Assembly: GCA_028826165.1 (NCBI GenBank)
Contig: JAPDFW010000085.1
Location: 1 to 64,000 of the forward strand
Length of the DNA stretch: 64,000 nucleotides
Direction: 5' to 3'
Origin: Anaeramoeba ignava BMAN
Taxonomy: Eukaryota; Protista; Anaeramoebae
Positions 22,126-33,710 of this stretch are shown piece by piece (within the stretch, counting starts at the first letter, position 1; each line of letters begins with the position of its first letter). The translations under genes and the position numbers were made by a program. The notes below the pieces were generated by a model that made no database searches, was not told where the DNA came from, and saw nothing but the letters and a program-made list of their open reading frames with translations.

Positions 22126-24620
22126 TTAATTTGATGAAATTAAATCATTTAAAAATAAATCAATAATTGAATTTAGATTTAATTGGAAATAATCTTTAAT
22201 ATCTTCAAATTCTTCAATTATTTTCGAATTTAATTTATTTTCTTCAATTTCATCATGATAAAGAAAATAAATAAATTGATTAATTGTTTCAAATGATTTT
22301 CTTGAATAATCATGAACTTTATTTGATTTATCTTCAACATTTAATTGAAACATTCCTTTGAATAATTCACTTCTTAAAAATAATATTAATTTATGAACTT
22401 TGATTTCTTTTTCTTCACAAATTATTGTAAAATCTTTTTTTGAATCATTTTCTTCATATAATTTTGATAAATCTTTTATTATTCCTTTTCTTTTGGATTT
22501 TGATTTAATCCAATTTGAATTTAATCCAATTTCTTTAAAAAATTCTTCAATATTTTCATTTTGTTTAATTTCTTTTATTTTTAATTCTTCTTCTTTTTTT
22601 TTAATTGTTTTTTAAGTTTTTTTTTTGATGAATTCTTTTTTAATTTTTTAATTTTAATAATATAATTCTTTAAAATTTGTAATTTTTGAATAAAATTATC
22701 AAAATTAGGAAATCCAGTATAAATGAAATTAATTGCAATTTCAACAATTTCTTTTGGTTTTTGTAAACAATTATTAATAAATTTTTGTAAATTTGATTGA
22801 TTGTAATCAAATCTTAATAAAAGAATTTGTTTATGAGCTTTGAATTTAAATGAATCATTTGTTTCAATTTCAAAATCTGATAAATTATCATTTGAATTTA
22901 ATAAATTATTTAGATCTTGATTAATTGAATAAGTTTTGAGAAATAAATCAATAATTTCTTTTGTAATTTCATTTGTATCTGAATCAGGAATATCAGATTC
23001 ATTCATTATTAATAATTTGATTAATTTTTGATTTTTATTTTGGATTGCATAATTCAAAGGTAATCCATTAGAATCATTTCTGATATTTATATCTGCACCT
23101 TTTTCAATTAATAATTTCATTAAATCAACTGCTTTTTCATTATTATTTAAACAGATTATATGAGATGGAGTTTGATTATTTTTATATTTATCATTAACAT
23201 ATAATCCTTTCTTAATTAAATATTTAATAATTTCAAAATAATTTTTGATTTGATATTTAGAAATAAGTTCTAAAATTGAAACATTAAAGTTATTTTTAGC
23301 ATTAATGTCTGCACCATTCTTAATCAAATATTTGATTACTTTAATTGTTTCTTTATGTTTTTGATATTTCAAAGCAAAAGTTAATGGTGTTTCTTCATCA
23401 TTTTTGGCATTAATATCTGCACCTTTTGAAATTAAATATTTAATAATTTCGAATGCATATTTATTTTGATATTGACAAGTATAATGTAATGAAGTTTTAT
23501 TTGATTTATTTTTGGCATTTATATCTGCACCTTTTGAAATTAAATATTTAATAATTTCGAGTGTATTTTGTTTTTGATATTGGCAAACATAATGTAAAGC
23601 AGTTTGTTTATGTATACTAAAATCATTAACATCAGAACCTTTTTTAATCAAATATTTGATAATTTCAAGTGTATTTTCATTTTGATATTGACAAATAAAA
23701 TGTAAAGCAGTTTGATTATTATTGGCTTTAATATTGATATCTGCACCTTTTGAAATTAAATATTTGATAATTTCAAATGTATTTTCTTTATTTTGATATT
23801 TGCAAACATAATGCAAAGGAGTTTGTTTATTATTTGCTTTGGAATTTATATCTAAACCTTTGGAAAGTAAATATTTAATAATTTCGAATATATTTTTATT
23901 TTCTGTTTGAAATTGGCAAACAAGATGTAAAGGTGTTTGTTTCTTATTGGTTTTAATATTGATATCAGAACCTTTTTTAATTAAATATTTGATAATTTGA
24001 AGTGTATTTTGTTTTTGATTTCGGCAAGCAATATGTAAAGCTGTTTCTTTATTATCATATGCTTTGGAATTAATATCTACACCTTTTTTAATTAAATATT
24101 TGATAATTTCAAGTATATTTTGTTTTTGATACATGCAAACAAGATGTATAGCTGTTTCTTCATTTCTTTTAATATTGATATCTGCTCCTTTTGAAATTAA
24201 ATATTTGATAATTTCAAGTATATTTTGTTTTTGATACATGCAAACAAGATTTAAAGGTATTTCATCATCTTCATTTTTAGCATTTATATCTGCACCTTTT
24301 TTAATTAAATATTTAATAATTTCAAGTGTATTTTCTTTTTGATACATGCAAACAAGATGTAAAGGTGTTTCTTCATCATCATCATTTTTAGCATTTATAT
24401 CTGCACCTTTTGAAATTAAATATTTGATAATTTCAAGTGTATTTTCATTTTGAAATTGGCAAATAAGATGTAAAGGTGTTTCATATCTGTATGTTGAACA
24501 ATTTATATCTGCTCCTTTTGAAATTAAATATTTAATAGTTTCAAATGTATTTTTGTTTTCATGTTTATATTCATTCAGACAAGCTCTTATTAAAAGATTA
24601 TTTAATTCTTGATTTTCCAT
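22126..24620 (-). CDS. Ankyrin + 2 BTB protein, array copy 10 (-1 frameshift in homopolymer at ~22598)
   Basis: Comparison with copy 12 (cttttgtttttaa at ~28201) shows one base missing. The downstream frame encodes the standard BTB2. Confidence 0.85.
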
Positions 24621-24740
24621 TTATTTTTTTTTTTATTTTTTTAAATTTTTTTTGAAAAGAAAAAAAATGAAAAATGAAAAATGAAAAAAAAAAATATTTT
24701 CTTAATTTGAATTTTGAATTTTGAATTTTGAATTAAGAAA

Positions 24741-27599
24741 TTATTTTCTTTTCTTTATATTTTTAAATTTGTTTGATGAAATTAAATCATTTAAAAATAA
24801 ATCAATAATTGAATTTTGATTTAATTGGAAATAATCTTTAATATCTTCAAATTCTTCAATTATTTTAGAATTAAATTTATTTTCTTCAATTTTATCATGA
24901 TAAAGAAAATAAATAAATTGTTGAATTGTTTCAAATGATTTTCTTGAATAATCATGAACTTGATTTGATTTATCTTCAACATTTAATTGAAACATTCCTT
25001 TGAATAATTCACTTCTTAAAAATAATATTAATTTATGAACTTTAATTTCTTTTTCTTCACAAATTATTGTAAAATCTTTTTGAATCATTTTCTTTATATA
25101 ATTTTGATAAATCTTTTTATTATTCCTTTTCTTTTTGGATTTTGATTTAATCCAATTTAAATCAAATCCAATTTCTTTAAAAAATTCTTCATTAATTTCA
25201 TTTTGTTTTGTTTCTTTTATTTTTAATTCTTCTTCTTCTTTTTTTAATTCTTTTTTAAGTTTTTTTTTTGAAAAATTCTTTTTTAATTTTTTAATTTTAA
25301 TAAGATAATTCTTTAAAATTTGTAATTTTTGAATTAAATTATCAAAATTAGGAAATCCAGTATAAATGAAATTAATTGCAATTTCAACAATTTCTTTTGG
25401 TTTTTGTAAACAATTATTAATAAATTTTTGTAAATTTGATTGATTATAATCAAATCTTAATAAAAGAATTTGTTTATGAACTTTGAATTTAAATAAATCA
25501 TTTGTTTTAATTTCAAAATCTGATAAATTATCATTTGAATTTAATAAATTATTTAAATCTTGATTAATTGAATAAGTTTTGAGAAATAAATCAATAATTT
25601 CTTTTGTAATTTCATTTGTATCTGAATCAGGAATATCAGATTCATTCATTATTAATAATTTGATTAATTCTTGATTTTTATTTTGGATTGCATAATTCAA
25701 AGGTAATCCATTAAAATTATTTTTGATATTTATATCTGCACCTTTTTCAATCAATAATTTCATTAAATCAACTTCTTTTTTATTATTAATTAAACAGATT
25801 ATATGAGATGGAGTTTGATTATGTTTATATTTATCATTAACATCTAATCCTTTCTTAATTAAATATTTAATAATTTCAAAAGAATTTTTGATTTGATATT
25901 TAGAAATAAGTTCTAAAATTGAAACATTAAAACGATTTTTAGCATTAATATCTGCACCATTCTTAATCAAATATTTGATTACTTTGATTGTTTCTTTATG
26001 TTTTTGATATTTTAAAGCAAAAGTTAATGGTGTTTCTTCATCATTATTTTTGGCATTTATATCTGCACCTTTTGAAATTAAATATTTGATAATTTCGAAT
26101 GTATATTTATTTTGATATTGACAAACATTATGTAAAGGTGTTTTTTTTGAATTATTTTTGGCATTTATATCTGCACCTTTTGAAAACAAATATTTAATGA
26201 TTTCAAATACACGTTCTTTTTTTTGATATTTACAAACAAAATGTAAAGGTGTTTGATTATATTTACTCAAATCATTAACATCTACACCTTTTTCAATTAA
26301 ATATTTAATAATTTCAAGTGTATTTTCATTTTGATTTTGGCAAACATGATGTAATGGTGTTTGTCCACTATTATTTTTGGAATTTATATCAGCACCTTTT
26401 TCAATTAAATATTTAATAATTTCAAGTGTATTTTCATTTTTATATTGGCAAATAATATGTAAAGGTGTTTGTCCACTATTGGTTTTGGCATTTATATCTG
26501 CACCTTTTTTAATTAAATATTTGATAATTTCAAATATATTTTCATTTTCTTTTTGAAATTCACAAGCATAATGTAAAGGTATTTCTTTAGTATTGGTTTT
26601 GGCATTTATATCTGCTCCTTTTTCAATCAAATATTTGATAATTTCAAATGTATTTTGTTTTTGATATTGACAAACAAGATGTAAAGGTGTTTCTTTATTA
26701 TTGGTTTTGTAGTTAATATCTGCACCTTTTTCAATTAAACATTTGATAATTTCAAATATATTTTCTTTTTGATTTGTATATTGACAAACAATATGTAAAG
26801 GAGCTTCATCTTTATTATTTTTAGCATTTATATCAGCACCTTTTTCAACCAAATATTTAATGATTTCAGTTTTATTTTCTGTTTTATATTGACAAAGAAT
26901 ATGTAAAGGTCCTTCATTTACGTAATTTTTGATATCTGCACCTTTTTCAACTAAATATTTGATAATTTCAAATGTATTTTTTTTTTGAAATAGACAAACA
27001 TTATGTAATGGTGTTTCACTATCATTATTTTGAGCATTAATATCTGCACCTTTTTCAATTAAATATTTGATAATCTCAAATGTATCTTTTTTTTGAATTT
27101 GGCAAGAATAATGTAATGGTGTTTGATTATTTTTATTTTTGAGATTAACATTTGCACCTTTTTCAATTAAATATTTTATAATTTCAAGTTCATTTTCTTT
27201 TTGAAATTGACAAACAAGATGTAAAGGTGTTTCTTTAGTATAATTGGCTTCAGCATTAATATCAGCACCTTTTTCAATTAAATATTTGATAATTTCAAGT
27301 GTATTTTGTTTTTGAAATTTGCAAACAAGATGTAAAGGTGTTTCTTCATCATCTTCATTTTTAGCATTTATATCTGCACCTTTTGAAATTAAATATTTAA
27401 TAATTTCAAGTGTATTTTCTTTTTGATATTGACAAACAAGATGTAAAGGTGTTTCATATCTGTATGTTGAACAATTTATATCTGCTCCTTTTGAAATTAA
27501 ATATTTAATAGTTTCAAATGTATTTTTGTTTCCATGAAGATGTTTATTTCGACAAGTTGCCATTAAACGACTATTATAAGTGCCTTTTTTGCTTCTCAT
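24741..27599 (-). CDS. Ankyrin + 2 BTB protein, array copy 11 (952 aa; locally frameshifted segment ~25075-25140)
   Basis: Open ORF, but KKKRNNKKIYQNYIKKMIQKDF replaces the family KRKGIIKDLSKLYKENDSKKDF through compensating homopolymer indels. Confidence 0.88.
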   Translation of the reverse strand: MRSKKGTYNSRLMATCRNKHLHGNKNTFETIKYLISKGADINCSTYRYETPLHLVCQYQKENTLEIIKYLISKGADINAKNEDDEETPLHLVCKFQKQNTLEIIKYLIEKGADINAEANYTKETPLHLVCQFQKENELEIIKYLIEKGANVNLKNKNNQTPLHYSCQIQKKDTFEIIKYLIEKGADINAQNNDSETPLHNVCLFQKKNTFEIIKYLVEKGADIKNYVNEGPLHILCQYKTENKTEIIKYLVEKGADINAKNNKDEAPLHIVCQYTNQKENIFEIIKCLIEKGADINYKTNNKETPLHLVCQYQKQNTFEIIKYLIEKGADINAKTNTKEIPLHYACEFQKENENIFEIIKYLIKKGADINAKTNSGQTPLHIICQYKNENTLEIIKYLIEKGADINSKNNSGQTPLHHVCQNQNENTLEIIKYLIEKGVDVNDLSKYNQTPLHFVCKYQKKERVFEIIKYLFSKGADINAKNNSKKTPLHNVCQYQNKYTFEIIKYLISKGADINAKNNDEETPLTFALKYQKHKETIKVIKYLIKNGADINAKNRFNVSILELISKYQIKNSFEIIKYLIKKGLDVNDKYKHNQTPSHIICLINNKKEVDLMKLLIEKGADINIKNNFNGLPLNYAIQNKNQELIKLLIMNESDIPDSDTNEITKEIIDLFLKTYSINQDLNNLLNSNDNLSDFEIKTNDLFKFKVHKQILLLRFDYNQSNLQKFINNCLQKPKEIVEIAINFIYTGFPNFDNLIQKLQILKNYLIKIKKLKKNFSKKKLKKELKKEEEELKIKETKQNEINEEFFKEIGFDLNWIKSKSKKKRNNKKIYQNYIKKMIQKDFTIICEEKEIKVHKLILFLRSELFKGMFQLNVEDKSNQVHDYSRKSFETIQQFIYFLYHDKIEENKFNSKIIEEFEDIKDYFQLNQNSIIDLFLNDLISSNKFKNIKKRK

Positions 27600-27706
27600 T
27601 TTTTATTTTTTTAAATTTTTTTTGAAAAGAAAAAAAAAAATGAAAATGAAAAAAAATGAAAAAAAAAATATTTTCTTTTTTTGAATTTGAATTTTGAATT
27701 AAGAAA

Positions 27707-30700
27707 TTATTTTCTTTTCTTTGTATTTTTAAATTTGTTTGATGAAATTAAATCATTTAAAAATAAATCAATAATTGAATTTTGATTTAATTGGAAATAA
27801 TCTTTAATATCTTCAAATTCTTCAATTATTTTCGAATTAAATTTATTTTCTTCAATTTTATCATGATAAAGAAAATAAATAAATTGATTAATTGTTTCAA
27901 ATGATTTTCTTGAATAATCATGAACTTGATTTGATTTATCTTCAATATTTAATTGAAACATTCCTTGAAATAATTCACTTCTTAAAAATAATATTAATTT
28001 ATGAACTTTAATTTCTTTTTCTTCACAAATTATTGTAAAATCTTTTTTTGAATTATTTTCTTTATATAATTTTGATAAATCTTTTATTATTCCTTTTCTT
28101 TTGGATTTTGATTTAATCCAATTTGAATTTAATCCAATTTCTTTAAAAAATTCTTCATTAATTTCATTTTGTTTTGTTTCTTTTATTTTTAATTCTTCTT
28201 CTTTTGTTTTTAATTGTTTTTTAAGTTTTTTTTTTGATGAATTCTTTTTTAATTTTTTAATTTTAATAAGATAATTCTTTAAATTTTGGAATTTTTGAAT
28301 AAAATTATCAAAATTAGGAAATCCAGTATAAATGAAATTAATTGCAATTTCAACAATTTCTTTTGGTTTTTGTAAACAATTATTAATAAATTTTTGTAAA
28401 TTTGATTGATTATAATCAAATCTTAATAAAAGAATTTGTTTATGAACTTTGAATTTAAATGAATCATTTGTTTTAATTTCAAAATCTGATAAATTATCAT
28501 TTGAATTTAATAAATTATTTAAATCTTGATTAATTGAATAAGTTTTGAGAAATAAATCAATAATTTCTTTTGTAATTTCATATGTATCTGAATCAGGAAT
28601 ATCAGATTCATTCATTATTAATAATTTGATTAATTCTTGATTTTTATTTTGGATTGCATAATTCAAAGGTAATTTATTAGAAATGTTTTTAGTATTTATA
28701 TCTGCACCTTTTTCAATCAATAATTTCATTAAATCAACTGCTTTTTCATTATTATTTAAACAGATTATATGAGATGGAGTTCGATTATTTTTATATTTAG
28801 CATTAACATCTAATCCTTTCTTAATTAAATATTTAATAATTTCAAAATAATTTTTGATTTGATATTTAGAAATAAGTTCTAAAATTGAAACATTAAAGTT
28901 ATTTTTAGCATTAACATCAGCACCATTCTTAATCAAATATTTGATTACTTTGATTGTTTCTTTATGTTTTTGATATTTCAAAGCAAAAGTTAATGGTGTT
29001 TCTTCATCATTATTTTTGGCATTTATATCTGCACCTTTTGAAATTAAATATTTGATAATTTCGAATGCATATTTATTTTGATATTGACAAGTATAATGTA
29101 AAGTTGTTTTATTTGATTTGTTTTTGGCATTTATATCTGCACCTTTTGAAATTAAATATTTGATAATTTCAAATGTATTTTGTTTTTGATATTGACAAAC
29201 ATAATGTAAAGCAGTTTGATTATATTTACTTAAATCATTAACATCAGAACCTTTTGAAATTAAATATTTGATAATTTGGAGTGTATTTTCATTTTGATAT
29301 TGACAAATAAAATGTAAAGCAGTTTGATTGTTATTGGCTTTAATATTGATATTTGCACCTTTTGAAATCAAATATTTGATAATTTCAAATTTATTTTCTT
29401 TATTTTGATATTTGCAAACATAATGTAAAGGAGTTTGTTTATTGTTTGCTTTGGCATTGATATCTAAACCTTTGGAAAGTAAATATTTGATAATTTCGAG
29501 TATATTTTCATTTTTTGTTTGATATTGGCAAACAATATGTAAAGGTGTTTGTTTCTTATTGGTTTTAATATTTATATCTGAACCTTTTTTAATTAAATAT
29601 TTGATAATTTCAAGTATATTTTGTTTTTGATTTCGGCAAACAATATGTAAAGCTGTTTCTTTATTAGTATATGCTTTGGAATTAACATCTACACCTTTTT
29701 TAATTAAATATTTGATAATTTCAAGTATATTTTCTTTTTGATACATGCAAACAAGATGTATAGCTGTTTCTTCACTTGTTTTGGAATTTATATTTGCTCC
29801 TTTTGAAATTAAATATTTGATAATTTCAAATGTATTTTGTTTTTGATATTGACAAACATAAAGTAAAGGAGTTTGATTATATTTACTTAAATCATTAACA
29901 TCAGAACCTTTTGAAATTAAATATTTGATAATTTGGAGTGTATTTTCATTTTGATATTGACAAATAAAATGTAAAGCAGTTTGATTGTTATTGGCTTTAA
30001 TATTGATATTTGCACCTTTTGAAATTAAATATTTGATAATTTCAAATGTATTTTCATTTTTATATTGGCAAATAATATGTAAAGGTGTTTGTCCATTATT
30101 GGCTTTGGCATTTATATCAGCACCTTTGAAAAGTAAATATTTGATAATTTCAAGTATATTTTGTTTTTGATATCCACAAGCATAATGTAAAGGTGTTTCT
30201 TTATTATTGGCTTTAATATTGATATCTGCTCCTTTTTCAATTAAACATTTGATAATTTCAAATATATTTTCTTTTTGATTTGTATATTGACAAACAATAT
30301 GTAAAGGAGCTTCATCTTTATTATTTTTAGCATTTATATCAGCACCTTTTTCAACCAAATATTTAATGATTTCAGTTTTATTTTCTGTTTTATATTGACA
30401 AAGAATATGTAAAGGTCCTTCATTTACGTAATTTTTGATATCTGCACCTTTTTCAATTAAATATTTGATAATTTCAAGTGTATTTTGCTTTTGATCACGA
30501 CAAACATTATGTAAAGGAGTTTGATTATATTTATTTTGGGCATTTATATCTGCACCTTTTTCAATTAAATATTTGATAATCTCAAATGTATCTTTTTTTT
30601 GAATTTGGCAAGCATAATGTAATGGTGTTTGTCCACTATTATTTTTGGAATTTATATCAGAACCTTTTTCAATTAAATATTTGATAATTTCAAGTGTATT

Positions 30701-31417
30701 TTCTTTTTGATATTGACAAACAAGATGTAAAGGTATTTCTTTAGTATAATTGGCTTCAGCATTAATATCAGCACCTTTTTCAATTAAATATTTGATAATT
30801 TCAAGTGTATTTTCTTTTTGAAATTTGCAAATAATATGTAAAGATGTTTCTTGATTATTTTTGGAATTTATATTTGCACCTTTTTCAATTAAATATTTGA
30901 TAATTTCAAATGTATTTTGTTCATTTTGATTTTGGCAAATAATATGTAAAGGTGTTTCTTCTTGATTATTTTTGGCATTAATATCAGCACCTTTTTCAAT
31001 TAAATACTTAATAATTTCAAGTGTATTTTCTTTTTGAAATTTGCAAACAAGATGTAAAGGTGTTTCTTTATTATTTTTAGCATTTATATCTGCACCTTTT
31101 TCAATTAAATATTTGATAATTTCAAGTGTATTTTGTTTTTGATATCCACAAGCATAATGTAAAGGTGTTTCTTTATTATTGGTTTTGTAGTTAATATCTG
31201 CACCTTTTGAAATTAAGTATTTGATAATTTCAAGTGTATTTTTTTTTTGATATTGACAAACAAGATGTAATGGTGTTTTTTCATCATTATTTTTGGTATT
31301 TATATCTGCTCCTTTTGAAATTAAATATTTAATAGTTTCAAATGAGCTTTGTTTTTTATATTTATATTCATTTTTACAAGCTCTTATTAAAAGATTATTT
31401 AATTCTTGATTTTCCAT
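27707..31417 (-). CDS. Ankyrin (~25 repeats) + 2 BTB protein, array copy 12 (1236 aa)
   Basis: Intact ORF. Confidence 0.92.
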   Translation of the reverse strand: MENQELNNLLIRACKNEYKYKKQSSFETIKYLISKGADINTKNNDEKTPLHLVCQYQKKNTLEIIKYLISKGADINYKTNNKETPLHYACGYQKQNTLEIIKYLIEKGADINAKNNKETPLHLVCKFQKENTLEIIKYLIEKGADINAKNNQEETPLHIICQNQNEQNTFEIIKYLIEKGANINSKNNQETSLHIICKFQKENTLEIIKYLIEKGADINAEANYTKEIPLHLVCQYQKENTLEIIKYLIEKGSDINSKNNSGQTPLHYACQIQKKDTFEIIKYLIEKGADINAQNKYNQTPLHNVCRDQKQNTLEIIKYLIEKGADIKNYVNEGPLHILCQYKTENKTEIIKYLVEKGADINAKNNKDEAPLHIVCQYTNQKENIFEIIKCLIEKGADINIKANNKETPLHYACGYQKQNILEIIKYLLFKGADINAKANNGQTPLHIICQYKNENTFEIIKYLISKGANINIKANNNQTALHFICQYQNENTLQIIKYLISKGSDVNDLSKYNQTPLLYVCQYQKQNTFEIIKYLISKGANINSKTSEETAIHLVCMYQKENILEIIKYLIKKGVDVNSKAYTNKETALHIVCRNQKQNILEIIKYLIKKGSDINIKTNKKQTPLHIVCQYQTKNENILEIIKYLLSKGLDINAKANNKQTPLHYVCKYQNKENKFEIIKYLISKGANINIKANNNQTALHFICQYQNENTLQIIKYLISKGSDVNDLSKYNQTALHYVCQYQKQNTFEIIKYLISKGADINAKNKSNKTTLHYTCQYQNKYAFEIIKYLISKGADINAKNNDEETPLTFALKYQKHKETIKVIKYLIKNGADVNAKNNFNVSILELISKYQIKNYFEIIKYLIKKGLDVNAKYKNNRTPSHIICLNNNEKAVDLMKLLIEKGADINTKNISNKLPLNYAIQNKNQELIKLLIMNESDIPDSDTYEITKEIIDLFLKTYSINQDLNNLLNSNDNLSDFEIKTNDSFKFKVHKQILLLRFDYNQSNLQKFINNCLQKPKEIVEIAINFIYTGFPNFDNFIQKFQNLKNYLIKIKKLKKNSSKKKLKKQLKTKEEELKIKETKQNEINEEFFKEIGLNSNWIKSKSKRKGIIKDLSKLYKENNSKKDFTIICEEKEIKVHKLILFLRSELFQGMFQLNIEDKSNQVHDYSRKSFETINQFIYFLYHDKIEENKFNSKIIEEFEDIKDYFQLNQNSIIDLFLNDLISSNKFKNTKKRK

Positions 31418-31534
31418 TTTTTATTTTTTTATTTTTTTAAATTTTTTTGAAAAGAAAAAAAATGAAAATGAAAAAAAATGAAAAAAAAAATATTTTCTTA
31501 ATTTGAATTAAGAATTTGAATTTGAATTAAGAAA

Positions 31535-33598
31535 TTATTTTCTTTTCTTTGTATTTTTAAATTTGTTTGATGAAATTAAATCATTTAAAATTAAATCAAT
31601 TATTGAATTTAGATTTAATTGGAAATAATCTTTAATATCTTCAAATTCTTCAATAATTTTAGAATTAAATTTATTTTCTTCAATTTTATCATGATAAAGA
31701 AAATAAATAAATTGTTGAATTGTTTCAAATGATTTTCTTGAATAATCATGAACTTGATTTGATTTATCTTGAATATTTAATTGAAACATTCCTTTGAATA
31801 ATTCACTTCTTAAAAATAATATTAATTTATGAACTTTAATTTCTTTTTCTTCTGAACAAATTATTGTAAAATCTTTTTTTGAATCATTTTCTTTATATAA
31901 TTTTGATAAATCTTTTATTATTCCTTTTCTTTTGGATTTGGATTTAATCCAATTTGAATCAAATCCAATTTCTTTAAAAAATTCTTCAATAATTTCATTT
32001 CGTTTTGTTTCTTTTGTTTTTAATTCTTCTTCTTCTTCTTCTTTTCTTAATTCTTTTTTAAGTTTTTCTTTTTCTTGATAAAATCTTTGATGTGATGAAT
32101 TCTTTTTTAATTCATCAATTTTAATAAGATAATTCTTTAAAATTTGTAATCTTTGAATAAAATTATCAAAATTAGGAAATCCAGTATAAATGAAATTAAT
32201 TGCAATTTCAACAATTTCTTTTGGTTTTTGTAAACAATTATTAATAAATTTTTGTAAATTTGTTTGATTATAATCAAATCTTAATAAAAGAATTTGTTTA
32301 TGAACTTTGAATTTAAATAAATCATTTGTTTTAATTTCAAAATCTGATAAATTATCATTTGAATTTAATAAATTATTTAAATCTTGATTAATTGAATAAA
32401 TTTTAAGAAATAAATCAATAATTTCTTTTGTAATTTCATATGTATCTGAATCAGGAATATTAGATTCATTCATTATTAATAATTTGATTAATTCTTGATT
32501 TTTATTTTGGATTGCATAATTTAAAGGTAATCCATTAGAATCATTTCTGATATTTATATCTGCACCATTTTCAATCAATAAATTTGCTATTTTAAGAATA
32601 TCTTCTTTATTTAGAAATCGACAAACAAAAATTAATGGCGTTACATTATTTTACATTATTTTTGTTTCTTGCATTGACATCTGCGCCTTTTTCAATTAAA
32701 TATCCGATAATTTCAATTATTTTTTTGTGGTTTTGATATTCACAAACAAGATGTAAAGGAGTTTCTTGAAAATCAGTTTTGGCATTAACATCTGCTCCGT
32801 TTTTAACCAACAATTTTTTTAATCAAATCAAATCGTTTCTTTTTTATTGATTTTGAAAATAAGCACCTTTTTCAAAAAATAATATAATTTGAAGTGTATT
32901 TTGTTTTTGATATTGGCTTCTTTATTTGACATTGATATCTACACCTTTCTTAATTAAATATTTGATAATTTCAAATGCTATTTGTTTTTGATATTTGCAA
33001 ACATAATGCAAAGGTGTTTCTTTATCATAATTTTGTGTATTGATATTTCCTCCTTTTTTCATTAAATATTTGATTACTTCAACACCTTTTTTCTGTTTTT
33101 GATGTTGACAAGCTAAACTTAAAGGAGTTTCATTAAAACTATTTGTGACGTTGATTTCTAATCCTTTTTCGATTAAATATTTTATAATTTCAAGTGCTTT
33201 TTCATTTTTTTGAAATTGACAAACATAATGTAGCAGTGTTTGATTTCCTTTAGTTTTGGCATTGATATCTGCACCTTTTTCAATTAAATATTTGATAGTT
33301 TCAAGTGTATTTTTGTTTTGATATTCACAAACAAAATGTAAAGGTGTTTGTCCAAATTCATTTTTGACATTTATATCTGAACCTTTTTCAATTAAATATT
33401 TGATAATTTGAATTGTATTTTTATTTTGATATTGGCAAACAAAATGTAAAGGTGTTTCATATCTGTAGTTTTATATTTTATATCTGCTCCTTTTTTAATT
33501 AAATATTTAATAGTTTCAAATGTATTTTTGTTTCCATGTTTATATTCATTTCGACAAGCCTCCATTAAAAAACTCCGAAAATTCTTTTTCCTTCTCAT
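31535..33598 (-). pseudogene. Disrupted ankyrin + 2 BTB gene, array copy 13 (pseudogene or poorly polished sequence)
   Basis: The family N-terminus (33392-33598) and an intact BTB half (31535-32578) flank ANK sequence with frameshifts and partial-repeat deletions at ~32580-32930 and ~33470. Confidence 0.65.
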
Positions 33599-33710
33599 TT
33601 CTTATTTTTATTTTTTTAAATTTTTTTTGAAAAGAAAAAAAATGAAAATGAAAAAAAATGAAAAAAAAAATATTTTTTGAAATTTGAATTTTGAATTTTG
33701 AATTAAGAAA

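Noticed and set aside
4507-25140. Programmed ribosomal frameshifting or alternative genetic code to explain split ORFs
   Set aside because: Shift sites differ between copies and fall in homopolymers or polymorphic sites. Intact paralogs read through normally, and both TAA and TGA act as stops.
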